A program made the translations under genes and the position numbers. Positions 1 to 9,135 of a DNA stretch of 64,000 nucleotides are shown one piece after another (the first letter of the stretch is position 1; each line of letters begins with the position of its first letter). The DNA lies in assembly GCA_964531735.1 (NCBI GenBank), contig CAZHGD010000011.1:4888-68887 (forward strand). The letters run 5' to 3'. The notes beneath the pieces are model-generated. The model did not search any database. It was not told the origin of the DNA and worked only from the letters and a program-made list of their open reading frames with translations. The stretch is from an uncultured Fimbriimonadaceae bacterium (GTDB taxonomy: Bacteria; Armatimonadota; UBA10988).

Positions 1-883
1 CCCGGCCAAGGACCTTCTGCGTGACCGGCTCGTCTTCGACCACCAGCACGCCCGGCGGGCCGTCGTGGCCGTCACTTCGCGGCTCGTGGCCCGAGGGCGG
101 ATCGTCCTCAGGCGAGTTCTCCTCCATCAGCTCGATCAGGTGGTTGTAGTCGAGCGGCTTGGGCAGGTAGCCGGCCGCCCCGGACTGGTGCGCCTTGACC
201 TGGACGTCGTTGTCGAGCGTCGCCGTGACCAGGAACACCTTGGCGTGTGGCGAGATGTCCGTCAGGTGCCGGAGTGCCCACAGCCCGTTGGCGCCCGGCA
301 TGTCGTAGTCGAGCAGCACGAACTCGGGCAGGTGGCGCGCGAAGGCCTCGATGACCAGATCGCCTTGCTGCACCATTTCGACCACATCGTAGCCGTGCTG
401 CTGCAGGATGTGGCTGGCGATGCGCAGATAGAGCGGGTCGTCGTCGGCCAGCAGGACTTTGCCCTTGCGGTTCTCGCTGCCCGGTTTGACCATCTGGACC
501 GGGGCGCTGGTCGGCTCTTCCTCGCTACAGGCGTTGCGGATGGCCTCCAACAACTGCGACGGGTTGATCGGCTTCTGGAGCACGCGGCGCGCGCCGGCGC
601 GCAGGAGGTCGTTCTGGCGGGTCACATCGTTGACCGCGGAGATGGCGACCACCCGGGCGAACGGGTCCATCTGCCGGATCTCTTTGAGCACGGCGATGCC
701 GTCGATGTCGGGCAGCATCAGGTCGAGCGTGACCACATCGGGCTTGAGCATCTCGTAGCAGTCGACCGCCTCACGTCCGGTGCCGGCCTCGGCCACGACG
801 AAGAACTCGGGTTCGCGCTCGACCACCGCCCGCACGAGCTGGCGGAAGAACGAGATGTCGTCCACAATCATCACGCTGGTCAT
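1..883 (-). CDS. Multi-receiver response regulator with at least 3 tandem REC domains; truncated by the window edge
   Basis: Hand-translated (absent from the ORF track): MTSVMIVDDISF..VTLDLMLPD..LQKP; GKVLLADDD..VLLDYDMPG..LPKP; GVLVVEDEPVTQKVLG.. Starts 16 nt after the mutS2 stop. Confidence 0.85.
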   Translation of the reverse strand, partial: MTSVMIVDDISFFRQLVRAVVEREPEFFVVAEAGTGREAVDCYEMLKPDVVTLDLMLPDIDGIAVLKEIRQMDPFARVVAISAVNDVTRQNDLLRAGARRVLQKPINPSQLLEAIRNACSEEEPTSAPVQMVKPGSENRKGKVLLADDDPLYLRIASHILQQHGYDVVEMVQQGDLVIEAFARHLPEFVLLDYDMPGANGLWALRHLTDISPHAKVFLVTATLDNDVQVKAHQSGAAGYLPKPLDYNHLIELMEENSPEDDPPSGHEPRSDGHDGPPGVLVVEDEPVTQKVLGR

Positions 884-898
884 CACGCACCCCGTGGC

Positions 899-3268
899 TC
901 AGGCGTCCAGACGCGCGACCGTCACACCCCCGCCGCCGAGGGCTTCGGGCGGGTGCTGGTAGCTCTTCACGTACGGGTGTTGCCGCAAGTACTCCTGCAC
1001 CGCGCGCTTGAGCGTGCCGGTGCCCTTGCCGTGGACAATGCGCACTTCGGGCAGATTCGACAGCAAGGCCTGGTCGAGATATCGGTCCAGCATGACCAGC
1101 GCGTCATCAACCGTCTCGCCGCGGAGGTGCAGCTCCAGATCGACGTGGCTGAGGCCGACCCCGCCGCGGCGCGCGGCCGTGGTGGCGACGCTCGGCGTGC
1201 CCCGGCGGACCAGCGCCACTTCGGCCGGTGCCAGTTCCATGCGCATGCGTCCGGCCTGCACGGTCAACTGCCCGTCGTCGGCGACGGCCAGCACTTCGGC
1301 CTGGCAGGCCAGTCGCAGGACTTCGACCTGGTCGCCGACGGCATACTCGCTGTCGGTCTGACCGGGCGGAGCCACCGGTGCTCGGCGTGGTACCACGCTG
1401 CTCGGCTGCTCCTTGACCTCGGCGCGCAGGGCCGCGAGCCGCCGACGGGCCTGCTCGGTCCCGCGGCCTTCGCGGTCGGCGCGCCGCAGCTCGCCGAGGA
1501 TGCCTTCGGCCTCGCGCTGCACCTGCTCCAGCAGACGGGCGGCCTCGCGCCGCGCGTCCTCGCGGACCTCACGCTCCAGTTCGCGCAGTCGTCGGCGTTC
1601 CTTCTCGAGTTCGCGCCGCTCGTGGCTGGCGATGGCAGCCTCGTGCTCGGCGGTCTCGACTTCGCGATCCAACTGTCGGCGGCTGGCCTGCAACTTCATG
1701 ATCACGGCACTGGCATCGTGGTGCTCCTCTGGTAGCAAATCCCGTGCCAGGCTGACGACTTCGCCGGGCAAGCCGTAACGCTCGGCGATCTCGAAGGCGT
1801 GGCTGGCGCCGGGGATGCCGGTCAGCAGCCGGTAAGTCGGTGCCAGCGTGCGGGCGTCGAACTCGACGCTGGCGTTCTCAACGCCTTCGGTCAGGTAGGC
1901 AAAGTGCTTCAGCGAGCCGTGGTGCGTCGTGGCGACGGTCCGGCAGCCCCTCCGGTGGAGCCAAGTCAGCACCGCTTCGGCCAGCGCCGCGCCCTCGGTG
2001 GGATCGGTCCCGGCCCCCACCTCGTCGAGCAGCACCAGCGCGCCCGGCCGTGCCTCGCGCAGGATGTGCACGATCTGCCGCAGGTGCGCGCCGAACGTGC
2101 TCAGGCTCTGCTCGAGGCTCTGCTCGTCACCGATGTCGGCAAAGACCTGCGCGCAGATGGGCAGGCGCGTGCCCTGGTCGGCCGGCACGTGCAGACCCGC
2201 TTGCGCCATCAGCGTCAGCAGGCCAACCGTCTTCAGCGAGACCGTCTTGCCGCCGGTGTTGGGTCCGGTGATCAGCACTGTGTCGACCGTGTCGTCCAGC
2301 CGCAGGTCGGCGGCCACCACCTGCGGCCAGCCCAGGCGGTCCACCAGCAAGGGATGACGAGCCTGACGCAGGTCGAAGTTGCCGTCGGTGGTGACCGTCG
2401 GCTCGACGGCCGCCAGCCGCAGCGACAGCTTGCCGCGAGCGCGGGCCAGGTCGAGCACCGTCAGGTGCGCCAGGTTCCGCGACAGGTCGTCCTTGACCGC
2501 CGCCACCCGGTGCGACAGCTCGGCGAGGATGCGCTGCACCTCTTCCTTCTCGGCGAACTGGGCCTCGCGCAGCTCGTTGTTCAGCTTGACGACCTCGGCC
2601 GGCTCCATGAACACGGTCGCGCCCGACGCGCTGCGGTCGTGGATCAGGCCCTGGAACTGCCCCTGATGGCTGGCCTTGATGGGCACGCAGTAGCGCCCGT
2701 CGCGGAGCGTGACCACCGGGTCCTGCACCGCGTCGCTGCTGGCGATGTCGCTGAGGATGCGCCGCAGTGTGGATTGCAGGCGGTTGGAGACGTTGCGTAC
2801 CTGCTGGCGCAGCCGCCGGAGCTCGGCCGACGCGTCGTCGGCCACCTCGCCGTCGTCGGTCAGGCAGCGCTCGATCTCGTCGGCCACGGCGGGGTGGGGC
2901 AGCAGTTGCCGTGCGGTCTCACCGAGGCAGACCAGGTCTTCACGCTCGGCGCAGAACGCGGCCAACCGCTCGATGCAGCGCAGCGTCTCGGCCACGGCGA
3001 GCAGTTCGCGCGGCTCGGCGACGCCGCCGATGCCGACCTGGGTCAGGATCGGCCGCACATCGTGCAGCCCACCGAGTGGCAGGTCGAAGCCGCGGTCGAG
3101 CAGCGCGCGGACTTCGCTGGTCTCACGCTGCCACCGCGCGATGAGCGCCTGGTCGCAGACGGGTTGCAGCCGGTCGACGGCTTCCAGACCCAACGCCGAA
3201 GCGGCTCCGCCGGCGAGCAGAGCGCGGAGCTTATCGAACTCGAGAACCGCCAAGGCGTGCGCGTCCAT
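899..3268 (-). CDS. mutS2: MutS2 family protein with C-terminal Smr domain
   Basis: ITGPNTGGKT Walker A, FADIGDEQS, LLDEVGAGTDPTEG, TTHH, C-terminal LHLRG..RIVHGKGTG Smr motif. Start placed at MDAHAL. Confidence 0.95.
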   Translation of the reverse strand: MDAHALAVLEFDKLRALLAGGAASALGLEAVDRLQPVCDQALIARWQRETSEVRALLDRGFDLPLGGLHDVRPILTQVGIGGVAEPRELLAVAETLRCIERLAAFCAEREDLVCLGETARQLLPHPAVADEIERCLTDDGEVADDASAELRRLRQQVRNVSNRLQSTLRRILSDIASSDAVQDPVVTLRDGRYCVPIKASHQGQFQGLIHDRSASGATVFMEPAEVVKLNNELREAQFAEKEEVQRILAELSHRVAAVKDDLSRNLAHLTVLDLARARGKLSLRLAAVEPTVTTDGNFDLRQARHPLLVDRLGWPQVVAADLRLDDTVDTVLITGPNTGGKTVSLKTVGLLTLMAQAGLHVPADQGTRLPICAQVFADIGDEQSLEQSLSTFGAHLRQIVHILREARPGALVLLDEVGAGTDPTEGAALAEAVLTWLHRRGCRTVATTHHGSLKHFAYLTEGVENASVEFDARTLAPTYRLLTGIPGASHAFEIAERYGLPGEVVSLARDLLPEEHHDASAVIMKLQASRRQLDREVETAEHEAAIASHERRELEKERRRLRELEREVREDARREAARLLEQVQREAEGILGELRRADREGRGTEQARRRLAALRAEVKEQPSSVVPRRAPVAPPGQTDSEYAVGDQVEVLRLACQAEVLAVADDGQLTVQAGRMRMELAPAEVALVRRGTPSVATTAARRGGVGLSHVDLELHLRGETVDDALVMLDRYLDQALLSNLPEVRIVHGKGTGTLKRAVQEYLRQHPYVKSYQHPPEALGGGGVTVARLDA

Positions 3269-3274
3269 AGGAGC

Positions 3275-3280
3275 ATTATA
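3275..3280 (-). promoter_or_regulatory. -10 box TATAAT 6 nt upstream of the mutS2 ATG (probable leaderless promoter)
   Basis: Minus strand reads TATAAT-gctcct-ATG; no SD sequence. Confidence 0.6.
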
Positions 3281-3431
3281 CCGTGGCCGGCTGGGCGGTG
3301 AGTGTTGCTTCGCCCTTGCCAACGCCCGCAGCCGGTCCTGAGAGGGTTTGTTAGCAGCGGTGTATGGCGGGCCGCCCGCCTGGAGGACTTGGCCGTCGGA
3401 GCTGGAACGCGGCAGCCGGAGGTGCCAACCA

Positions 3432-4772
3432 GTGTCTGCCGAGATCGTCTGCGCCCTGGTGCTGGCCGGTGGCCTGGCCGCCGGTGAGGTGAGCCAGCGG
3501 CAGGTCTTCGCGCACTACATGGTCTGCTTTGCCGCGCTCGATCGCGGCCACGAAGTGGCCGACTACCAGCGCGAGATCGAGTTGGCGCAGCGTCACGGCA
3601 TCGACGGCTTCGCCCTGAACTGCGGCGGCTGGAGCCGGCGCGAGCCGCACTACAAGCAGCGCGTCACGCGCATCTATGAGGCGGCCAAACGGCTGAACTC
3701 CGGGTTCAAGCTGTTCCTCTCGGCCGACTACTGTTGTGGTCTCACGCTGGCTGAGACGCGCGACATGATCGAGTGCTTCCGCGACCACCCGAACCAGTTG
3801 CGGCACCAGGGCAAGCCGGTACTGTCCACGTTCGCCGGTGAGGGCGCCGACAATACCGCGGGCAAGCAACTGGTCGCGTTCCTGGACCAACTCAGCCCGG
3901 CCGGCCGGCCGGTGGTCTTCGTGCCGTACTTCTACCCGCGGCCGCACATTACCGAGCTGCCGCGGCAGGCCCAGGCCGACCAACTGCTGCGCGATTTCCC
4001 GACGCTGGACGGCTACTTCTACTTCGGCGCGGCCGGCTCGGGCCAGGCCATCGCCGACAGCAACCGCCTGCTGGCCCGGACCTGGCTCGGCGCCGGCAAG
4101 CTGTTCATGGCCTCGCTGACGCCATACTACCGCGGCCTCGGCGGCAACTACCGCTGTTTCGAGACGCTCGGCTTCCGCGGGCTCGCGGCCCAGTGGCAGG
4201 CGGCGATTGAGACCGGCGCCACCTGGGTCGAGGTCGTCACCTGGAACGACTGGGGCGAGGCCACCTACGTGGCACCGTTCGAGCGTCCCGACCAGCTTCT
4301 GAAGCTGCCCTACCACGGCCAGGAGCTGCCGGCGCACAACGGCTACCTGGCAGCCAGCCGGTACTGGCTCGACTGGTATAAGCGGGGCACGCCACCGGCC
4401 ATCGAACGCGACCAGTTGTGCTACTGCTACCGCCTGCACCCCAAGGCGGTGCTGGGCCACGCCAAGCCTGGCGAGGCGAAGCTGGGGCGGCCGGGCGGGG
4501 CGGACCAACTGGAGGACAAGGTCTTCGTGACCGCCTTCCTGACGGCTCCCGCCGAGTTGACCATCGAGTGCGGTACCGCGCGGGGCACCTTCACCTTGGC
4601 GGCCGGTGTGCAGCATGTGGAGCTGGCGTTCGCGCCGGGCAGGCCCCGGTTGGTGTTGCGGCGCGGCGGCCGTGCGGTGATCGACCAGGCCGGCGAGCAG
4701 GCCATCCGGGCGGATGAGGCCGTGGCCAACTTCAACCCGTTCGCCGGCAGCGCCACGGCAGCGGCGCCGTAG
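3432..4772 (+). CDS. Secreted glycoside hydrolase, GH71-like (alpha-1,3-glucanase fold)
   Basis: VFAHYMV, AQRHGIDGFALN, FKLFLSAD, KPVLSTFAGE, VEVVTWNDWGEATY resemble GH71 motifs. GGAGG RBS before GTG 3432; signal-like N-terminus. Confidence 0.75.
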   Translation: MSAEIVCALVLAGGLAAGEVSQRQVFAHYMVCFAALDRGHEVADYQREIELAQRHGIDGFALNCGGWSRREPHYKQRVTRIYEAAKRLNSGFKLFLSADYCCGLTLAETRDMIECFRDHPNQLRHQGKPVLSTFAGEGADNTAGKQLVAFLDQLSPAGRPVVFVPYFYPRPHITELPRQAQADQLLRDFPTLDGYFYFGAAGSGQAIADSNRLLARTWLGAGKLFMASLTPYYRGLGGNYRCFETLGFRGLAAQWQAAIETGATWVEVVTWNDWGEATYVAPFERPDQLLKLPYHGQELPAHNGYLAASRYWLDWYKRGTPPAIERDQLCYCYRLHPKAVLGHAKPGEAKLGRPGGADQLEDKVFVTAFLTAPAELTIECGTARGTFTLAAGVQHVELAFAPGRPRLVLRRGGRAVIDQAGEQAIRADEAVANFNPFAGSATAAAP

Positions 4773-4779
4773 CAGCGAG

Positions 4780-5541
4780 TCAGTCGGCGCCGATGGCCAC
4801 GTCGCTATCGGGCGGGTCGGTCTGGCGCTGCCAACGGTGCAACGCTGCCAGGCTGGCACCGAACACGACCCAGCCGATCAGCAACGCCCCAACGGGGCCG
4901 AGGCGCGGCTGGGCCAGGTGGATAGCCACCATCATCGGTCCGAGCGTGAGCATCATCACCGGAATCTGGCGCGTCATGGTCCACAGCGAGTGCCGAGCCT
5001 CATAGGCGGCGACCACGCTGACCATGGGGAACATGGTCATGAACCCGCGCAGCCACTGCTTGGCGACGATCAGCGTGGCGATCACGGCCATGATCAGCGG
5101 TCCCTTGATGTAGACCGGCAGCGGGCTGCGGTGCGCCGGCTCGGCGCGGTGCTCGTGCAGCCGCAGGGCGACCACACTCAACGGCATGACGGTGGCCCAG
5201 GCCACCCAGAAGGCGTCGTCGCCGGCGGGCAGCGCCCGGGCCAGCAGCAGGCCCAGCAGGCTGTACCACAGCGTGGCCATGAGAATCGACAGCACTATCG
5301 GCCAGCGCCGGTCGACATGGAGCCAGCGGACGGTGTGGAAGAACACCAGCAGCAGCGGCATGCCGACGACGTTGGTGGCATCGACCGGCTGGCCCAGCGA
5401 CAGGTAGGCCAGCGAGAACGGGAACGGGAAGCACAGCAGGAGCGCTTTCAGCCGTGGCTGGCGCAGGTAGGCCAGGGCCGTGGCCTGAGCCGTGACCACC
5501 AGCAGCAGCGCGAGGTCCCAGTAGCCGAACTCCATGGTCAC
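4780..5541 (-). CDS. Hypothetical multi-pass membrane protein
   Basis: 253 aa with about 8 hydrophobic segments; no family motif recognised. Confidence 0.7.
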   Translation of the reverse strand: MTMEFGYWDLALLLVVTAQATALAYLRQPRLKALLLCFPFPFSLAYLSLGQPVDATNVVGMPLLLVFFHTVRWLHVDRRWPIVLSILMATLWYSLLGLLLARALPAGDDAFWVAWATVMPLSVVALRLHEHRAEPAHRSPLPVYIKGPLIMAVIATLIVAKQWLRGFMTMFPMVSVVAAYEARHSLWTMTRQIPVMMLTLGPMMVAIHLAQPRLGPVGALLIGWVVFGASLAALHRWQRQTDPPDSDVAIGAD

Positions 5542-5656
5542 GATCGCCGGTCACCAGGCTCGGTCCATCGGCCGGCCACGAGAGAGCATAGCATGGCGTG
5601 CCACGGAGCCGTGAGGATCGCGCCGCGGCGCCGGTGACCGACAACGCAGCGGACGG

Positions 5657-8600
5657 TCAGGCCAATGACGGTCCGGGTTGCTCCAGGACCTGCTGCACAT
5701 GGGCGGCCATCGTCCGCATCGTGAACGGCTTTTCGAGACAGACCTGCCCGTCGCCCACCACGCCGCGTCGGGCGATGATGTCGTCGGTGTGGCCGGACAT
5801 GTAGAGCACCCGGAGGCCTGGTTGCGCGGCCGCAGCGCGCTCGTAGAGCTGCTTGCCGTTCATCTTCGGCATGACCACATCGGTCAGCAGCAGGTCGATC
5901 GGCGTGTCCAGGCCGGCCATCATCTCCAGGCACTCGGCGCCGCTGGCCGCCGCCACCACCTGGTGCCCGAGGCTCTTGAGCATGCGGCAGACCAGGCGGC
6001 GGACGCGCTCGTCGTCGTCGACCACCATGACCACGGCGCCTGGGACGGACTTGGCCGCCAGCGCCTCCGGCTCGCTCGGCACCGGACCGGTGGGCTCGGG
6101 CACATGGGGCAGGAGGACGGCGAACTCGCTGCCCTGGCCGACCTTCGAGGTGACCTGGACCGTGCCGGCGTGCTGCCGCACGATGCCGTACACCGTGGCC
6201 AACCCGAGACCGGTGCCGCGGCCCTTGCCCTTGGTGGTGAAGAACGGCTCGAACAGACGGGACAGCGTCCGCTCGTCCATGCCGCAGCCGGTGTCACGCA
6301 CCGAGAGCCGGGTGTAGCGGCCCGGTGCGATGCCCTCATGGGCCTCGGCGAAGTCGCTGCCGACGGTGACATCGGCCAACGCGATGGTGATCTGTCCACC
6401 ATCGGGCATGGCGTCGGCGGCGTTGACGGCCAAGTTCATCAGGACCTGCTCTATCTGGCCCACGTCGGCACGTACCGTGCCGAGCGTGTCGCTCAGGTCC
6501 ATATCGATCTGAACGTCCTCGCGGACCGTGCGGCGCAGGAGTCGCCAGATGTTGGCCACCACGTGCCGCAGGTCGACCGGCTGCAAGTCGAGCTCCTGCC
6601 GCCGCCCAAAAGCCAACAACTGACGCGTCAGGCCGCGCGCGCGCTCAGCGGCCTCCATGATCTCCGTCAGGTCGGCGCAGTGTGGATCATCGGGTTCCAG
6701 GTCCATCAGCACCAGCTCGGCGAAGCCCATGATCGGCGCCAGCAGGTTGTTGAAGTCGTGGGCCACGCCGCCGGCCAGGCGGCCGATGGACTCCATGCGC
6801 TGCGCTTGTCGCGTCTGCTGCTCGAGCAGGCGCCGCTCACTGATGTCGGTGACGATGCCCTGGACGCCGACGATGACGCCGCCGGCATCGCACAGTGGGA
6901 AGCGGGTCGTCTGCAGCACCTGCGTCTCGCCGCCCGGCAGGGCCCGTTCGTCCTCCGTGACGATGGTGGTGCCGGTCTCGATCACCTCGCGGTCTTGCGC
7001 CAGTGTCGGCTCCGTCACCGCGGCCGCCGCGGTCGTGACCTGCCCGGTCAGCTCGCCGAAGGCGCGGTTGGTGAACGTGAAGTGGCCGTCGCAGTCGCGT
7101 CGGAAGACGCCGACCGGCAGGCTCTCGACCAACGAGTGGTAGAGCCCCTCGCTCTCGCGCAGGGCGTCCTCGGCGCGCCGACGCAGCGTGATGTCCGAGT
7201 GGGTGCCGACGGCGCGGAGCGGCTGGCCCGCGGCATCGCGCGCCACCACGCGGCCGCGACACAGGATCCAGAGGTAGTCACCGGACTTGGTCCGCATCCG
7301 GAACTCGGTGGCGAAGCTCGGGCTGCCGCCGGACAGGTGCAGCGCGAGCAGCTCCGCGGTCGCCGGCAGATCGGCCGGGTGGATCATCTGGCGCCATTGG
7401 GCGCGGTCGGCCACGAACTCGCCGGGCTCATAGCCGAGCATGGTGTAGTACCGGGCGCTGAGCGTCGCCGTCTCCGTGCGCAGGTCCCAGTCCCAGAAGC
7501 CGTCGGCCGTCGCCTCGATGACCAGCGACAGGCGCTCCTCGCTGGCCTGCAGCCCGGCCAGCGTGTCGCGCAGGCGCGACACCATGAGGTTGAAGCCCTG
7601 CGAGAGCTGGCCGACCTCATCCAGTGAGGTGACCTCGACGGTTTGTTCCAGATCGCCCTGGGTGACGGTCTCGACGGCCGCGCGCAACTGCTGGATCGGC
7701 CGCACCGTGCTCCAGGCGGTCAGCAGCCCGCACAGCCCGACGGCCAGCGCGATGCCGAGGCCGGCCACGGCCATGGTCCAGGACATGCGCTGCCGGCCGC
7801 GCTGCAGCACCGCGCGGTAGCGCTGCAGTTCGTCCTCGTAGACACTCGTGCCGATGACCCAGTCCCACGGTTCGAAGTAGGCCACACGGGCGATCTTCCA
7901 GCGCGGTGTGGCCTCGCCGGGGTTCTGCCAGCGGTAGCGGATGGTGGCCAGTTCGCCGGGCCGGAGTGTGACGGCCTTGGCGATGATCGCCTGGATCGGG
8001 TAGGCACCGTCGCTGTCGCGGTTGTCCCAGATGTTCTCGCCGTCGCGCTCGCCCTTGTGGGAGACGATGTAGCGTCCGCGATCGGGTCCGGTGCCACGGA
8101 TCGCGTAGGCGTAGCCGGTCTCGCCGACGGTGGTCTGAAGGATGGCGCGGCGGACGGAGGCCTCGATCGCGCTCAGTTGCACGCCAACGTAGAGCATGCC
8201 GACCACCCGGCTCTGGCGGTCCCGGATGGCTTCGTAGGCGGTCAGGTACCAGGCGTTGACCACGTACGCCGTGCCGTGATAGGTACGGCCTGACAGGACC
8301 GCCGCGACGACCGGGTTGGCCGCGCCCGCGTCGTCCACGGCCGGGATGTAGGTGCCGATGGCGCGCCGGCCGGCCGCGTCACGGACCGTGGTGGCCACAC
8401 GCAGCATGTCGCCCGCCTCGTCCATGCGCTGGAAGATGGTGGCGGTCTCGCCGACGAGCGCCGCCACCTCGTCGACCACGGGTGTGGTGACCGACGCGTC
8501 GGTGTTCGGTTGCAGCCATTCACCGCCGAGCAACATCTGCGGCAGCTTGACGGTGGTCTGGCGGCCGGTCACCTGGTTGACCGCCGACCAAGTGACCGTG

Positions 8601-8899
8601 GTTGGCGCCTGAGACACCTCGCCGGCGCTGGCCAAGACGTGTCGCGCGACGTGCAGATGCCGGTCGATGCGCTCCTGGACGGCGTCGTTCTCGGTCCGCA
8701 CCAGGTTCCAGATGCTCTGGGCGATGTGGTCCAGGTCGGCGTCGACCAGTTGGTCGACCTCCTGCTTGGCCAGGTTGTGGTAGCGTCCGCTCTGCGAGAC
8801 GGCGAGCAGCACCAGCGCCACCGCGGTCACCAGTACACCACCGGTGCCCAACGCTGCCACCTTGGTGTTGAGGCTGAGTGCTGCGGCGCGCCGGAGCAT
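5657..8899 (-). CDS. Hybrid sensor histidine kinase (Cache-type sensor, HAMP, PAS x2, HisKA, HATPase, REC)
   Basis: GGVAHDFNNLL H-box, MNLAVNAADAM N-box, FFTTKGKGRGTGLGL, C-terminal DLLLTDVVMPKMNG; N-terminal ATIFQR..MLRVATT..RAIGT Cache motif. Start placed at MLRRAA. Confidence 0.92.
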   Translation of the reverse strand: MLRRAAALSLNTKVAALGTGGVLVTAVALVLLAVSQSGRYHNLAKQEVDQLVDADLDHIAQSIWNLVRTENDAVQERIDRHLHVARHVLASAGEVSQAPTTVTWSAVNQVTGRQTTVKLPQMLLGGEWLQPNTDASVTTPVVDEVAALVGETATIFQRMDEAGDMLRVATTVRDAAGRRAIGTYIPAVDDAGAANPVVAAVLSGRTYHGTAYVVNAWYLTAYEAIRDRQSRVVGMLYVGVQLSAIEASVRRAILQTTVGETGYAYAIRGTGPDRGRYIVSHKGERDGENIWDNRDSDGAYPIQAIIAKAVTLRPGELATIRYRWQNPGEATPRWKIARVAYFEPWDWVIGTSVYEDELQRYRAVLQRGRQRMSWTMAVAGLGIALAVGLCGLLTAWSTVRPIQQLRAAVETVTQGDLEQTVEVTSLDEVGQLSQGFNLMVSRLRDTLAGLQASEERLSLVIEATADGFWDWDLRTETATLSARYYTMLGYEPGEFVADRAQWRQMIHPADLPATAELLALHLSGGSPSFATEFRMRTKSGDYLWILCRGRVVARDAAGQPLRAVGTHSDITLRRRAEDALRESEGLYHSLVESLPVGVFRRDCDGHFTFTNRAFGELTGQVTTAAAAVTEPTLAQDREVIETGTTIVTEDERALPGGETQVLQTTRFPLCDAGGVIVGVQGIVTDISERRLLEQQTRQAQRMESIGRLAGGVAHDFNNLLAPIMGFAELVLMDLEPDDPHCADLTEIMEAAERARGLTRQLLAFGRRQELDLQPVDLRHVVANIWRLLRRTVREDVQIDMDLSDTLGTVRADVGQIEQVLMNLAVNAADAMPDGGQITIALADVTVGSDFAEAHEGIAPGRYTRLSVRDTGCGMDERTLSRLFEPFFTTKGKGRGTGLGLATVYGIVRQHAGTVQVTSKVGQGSEFAVLLPHVPEPTGPVPSEPEALAAKSVPGAVVMVVDDDERVRRLVCRMLKSLGHQVVAAASGAECLEMMAGLDTPIDLLLTDVVMPKMNGKQLYERAAAAQPGLRVLYMSGHTDDIIARRGVVGDGQVCLEKPFTMRTMAAHVQQVLEQPGPSLA

Positions 8900-9135
8900 C
8901 GGTCCTCTCCATGGCTCGGGCCACGAGGCCGCCTGCCGCGTCCCCACGTCTGGCCTGCGTCAGACCGTGCCGGGCGGCCTGCTTCTGGCCCCCGGTCTCC
9001 ACGGCCAGTCTAGCCAGACCACCGGGCAGCGTCAAGGCGAGGCACCCGTCGCAGTTCACACACGCGTAGCGCGGCCGCGGCCTTGCTGCGGTCGGCCGCC
9101 GCGGTTACCATCCGGCTGGTGTCTCGGGGATCATC

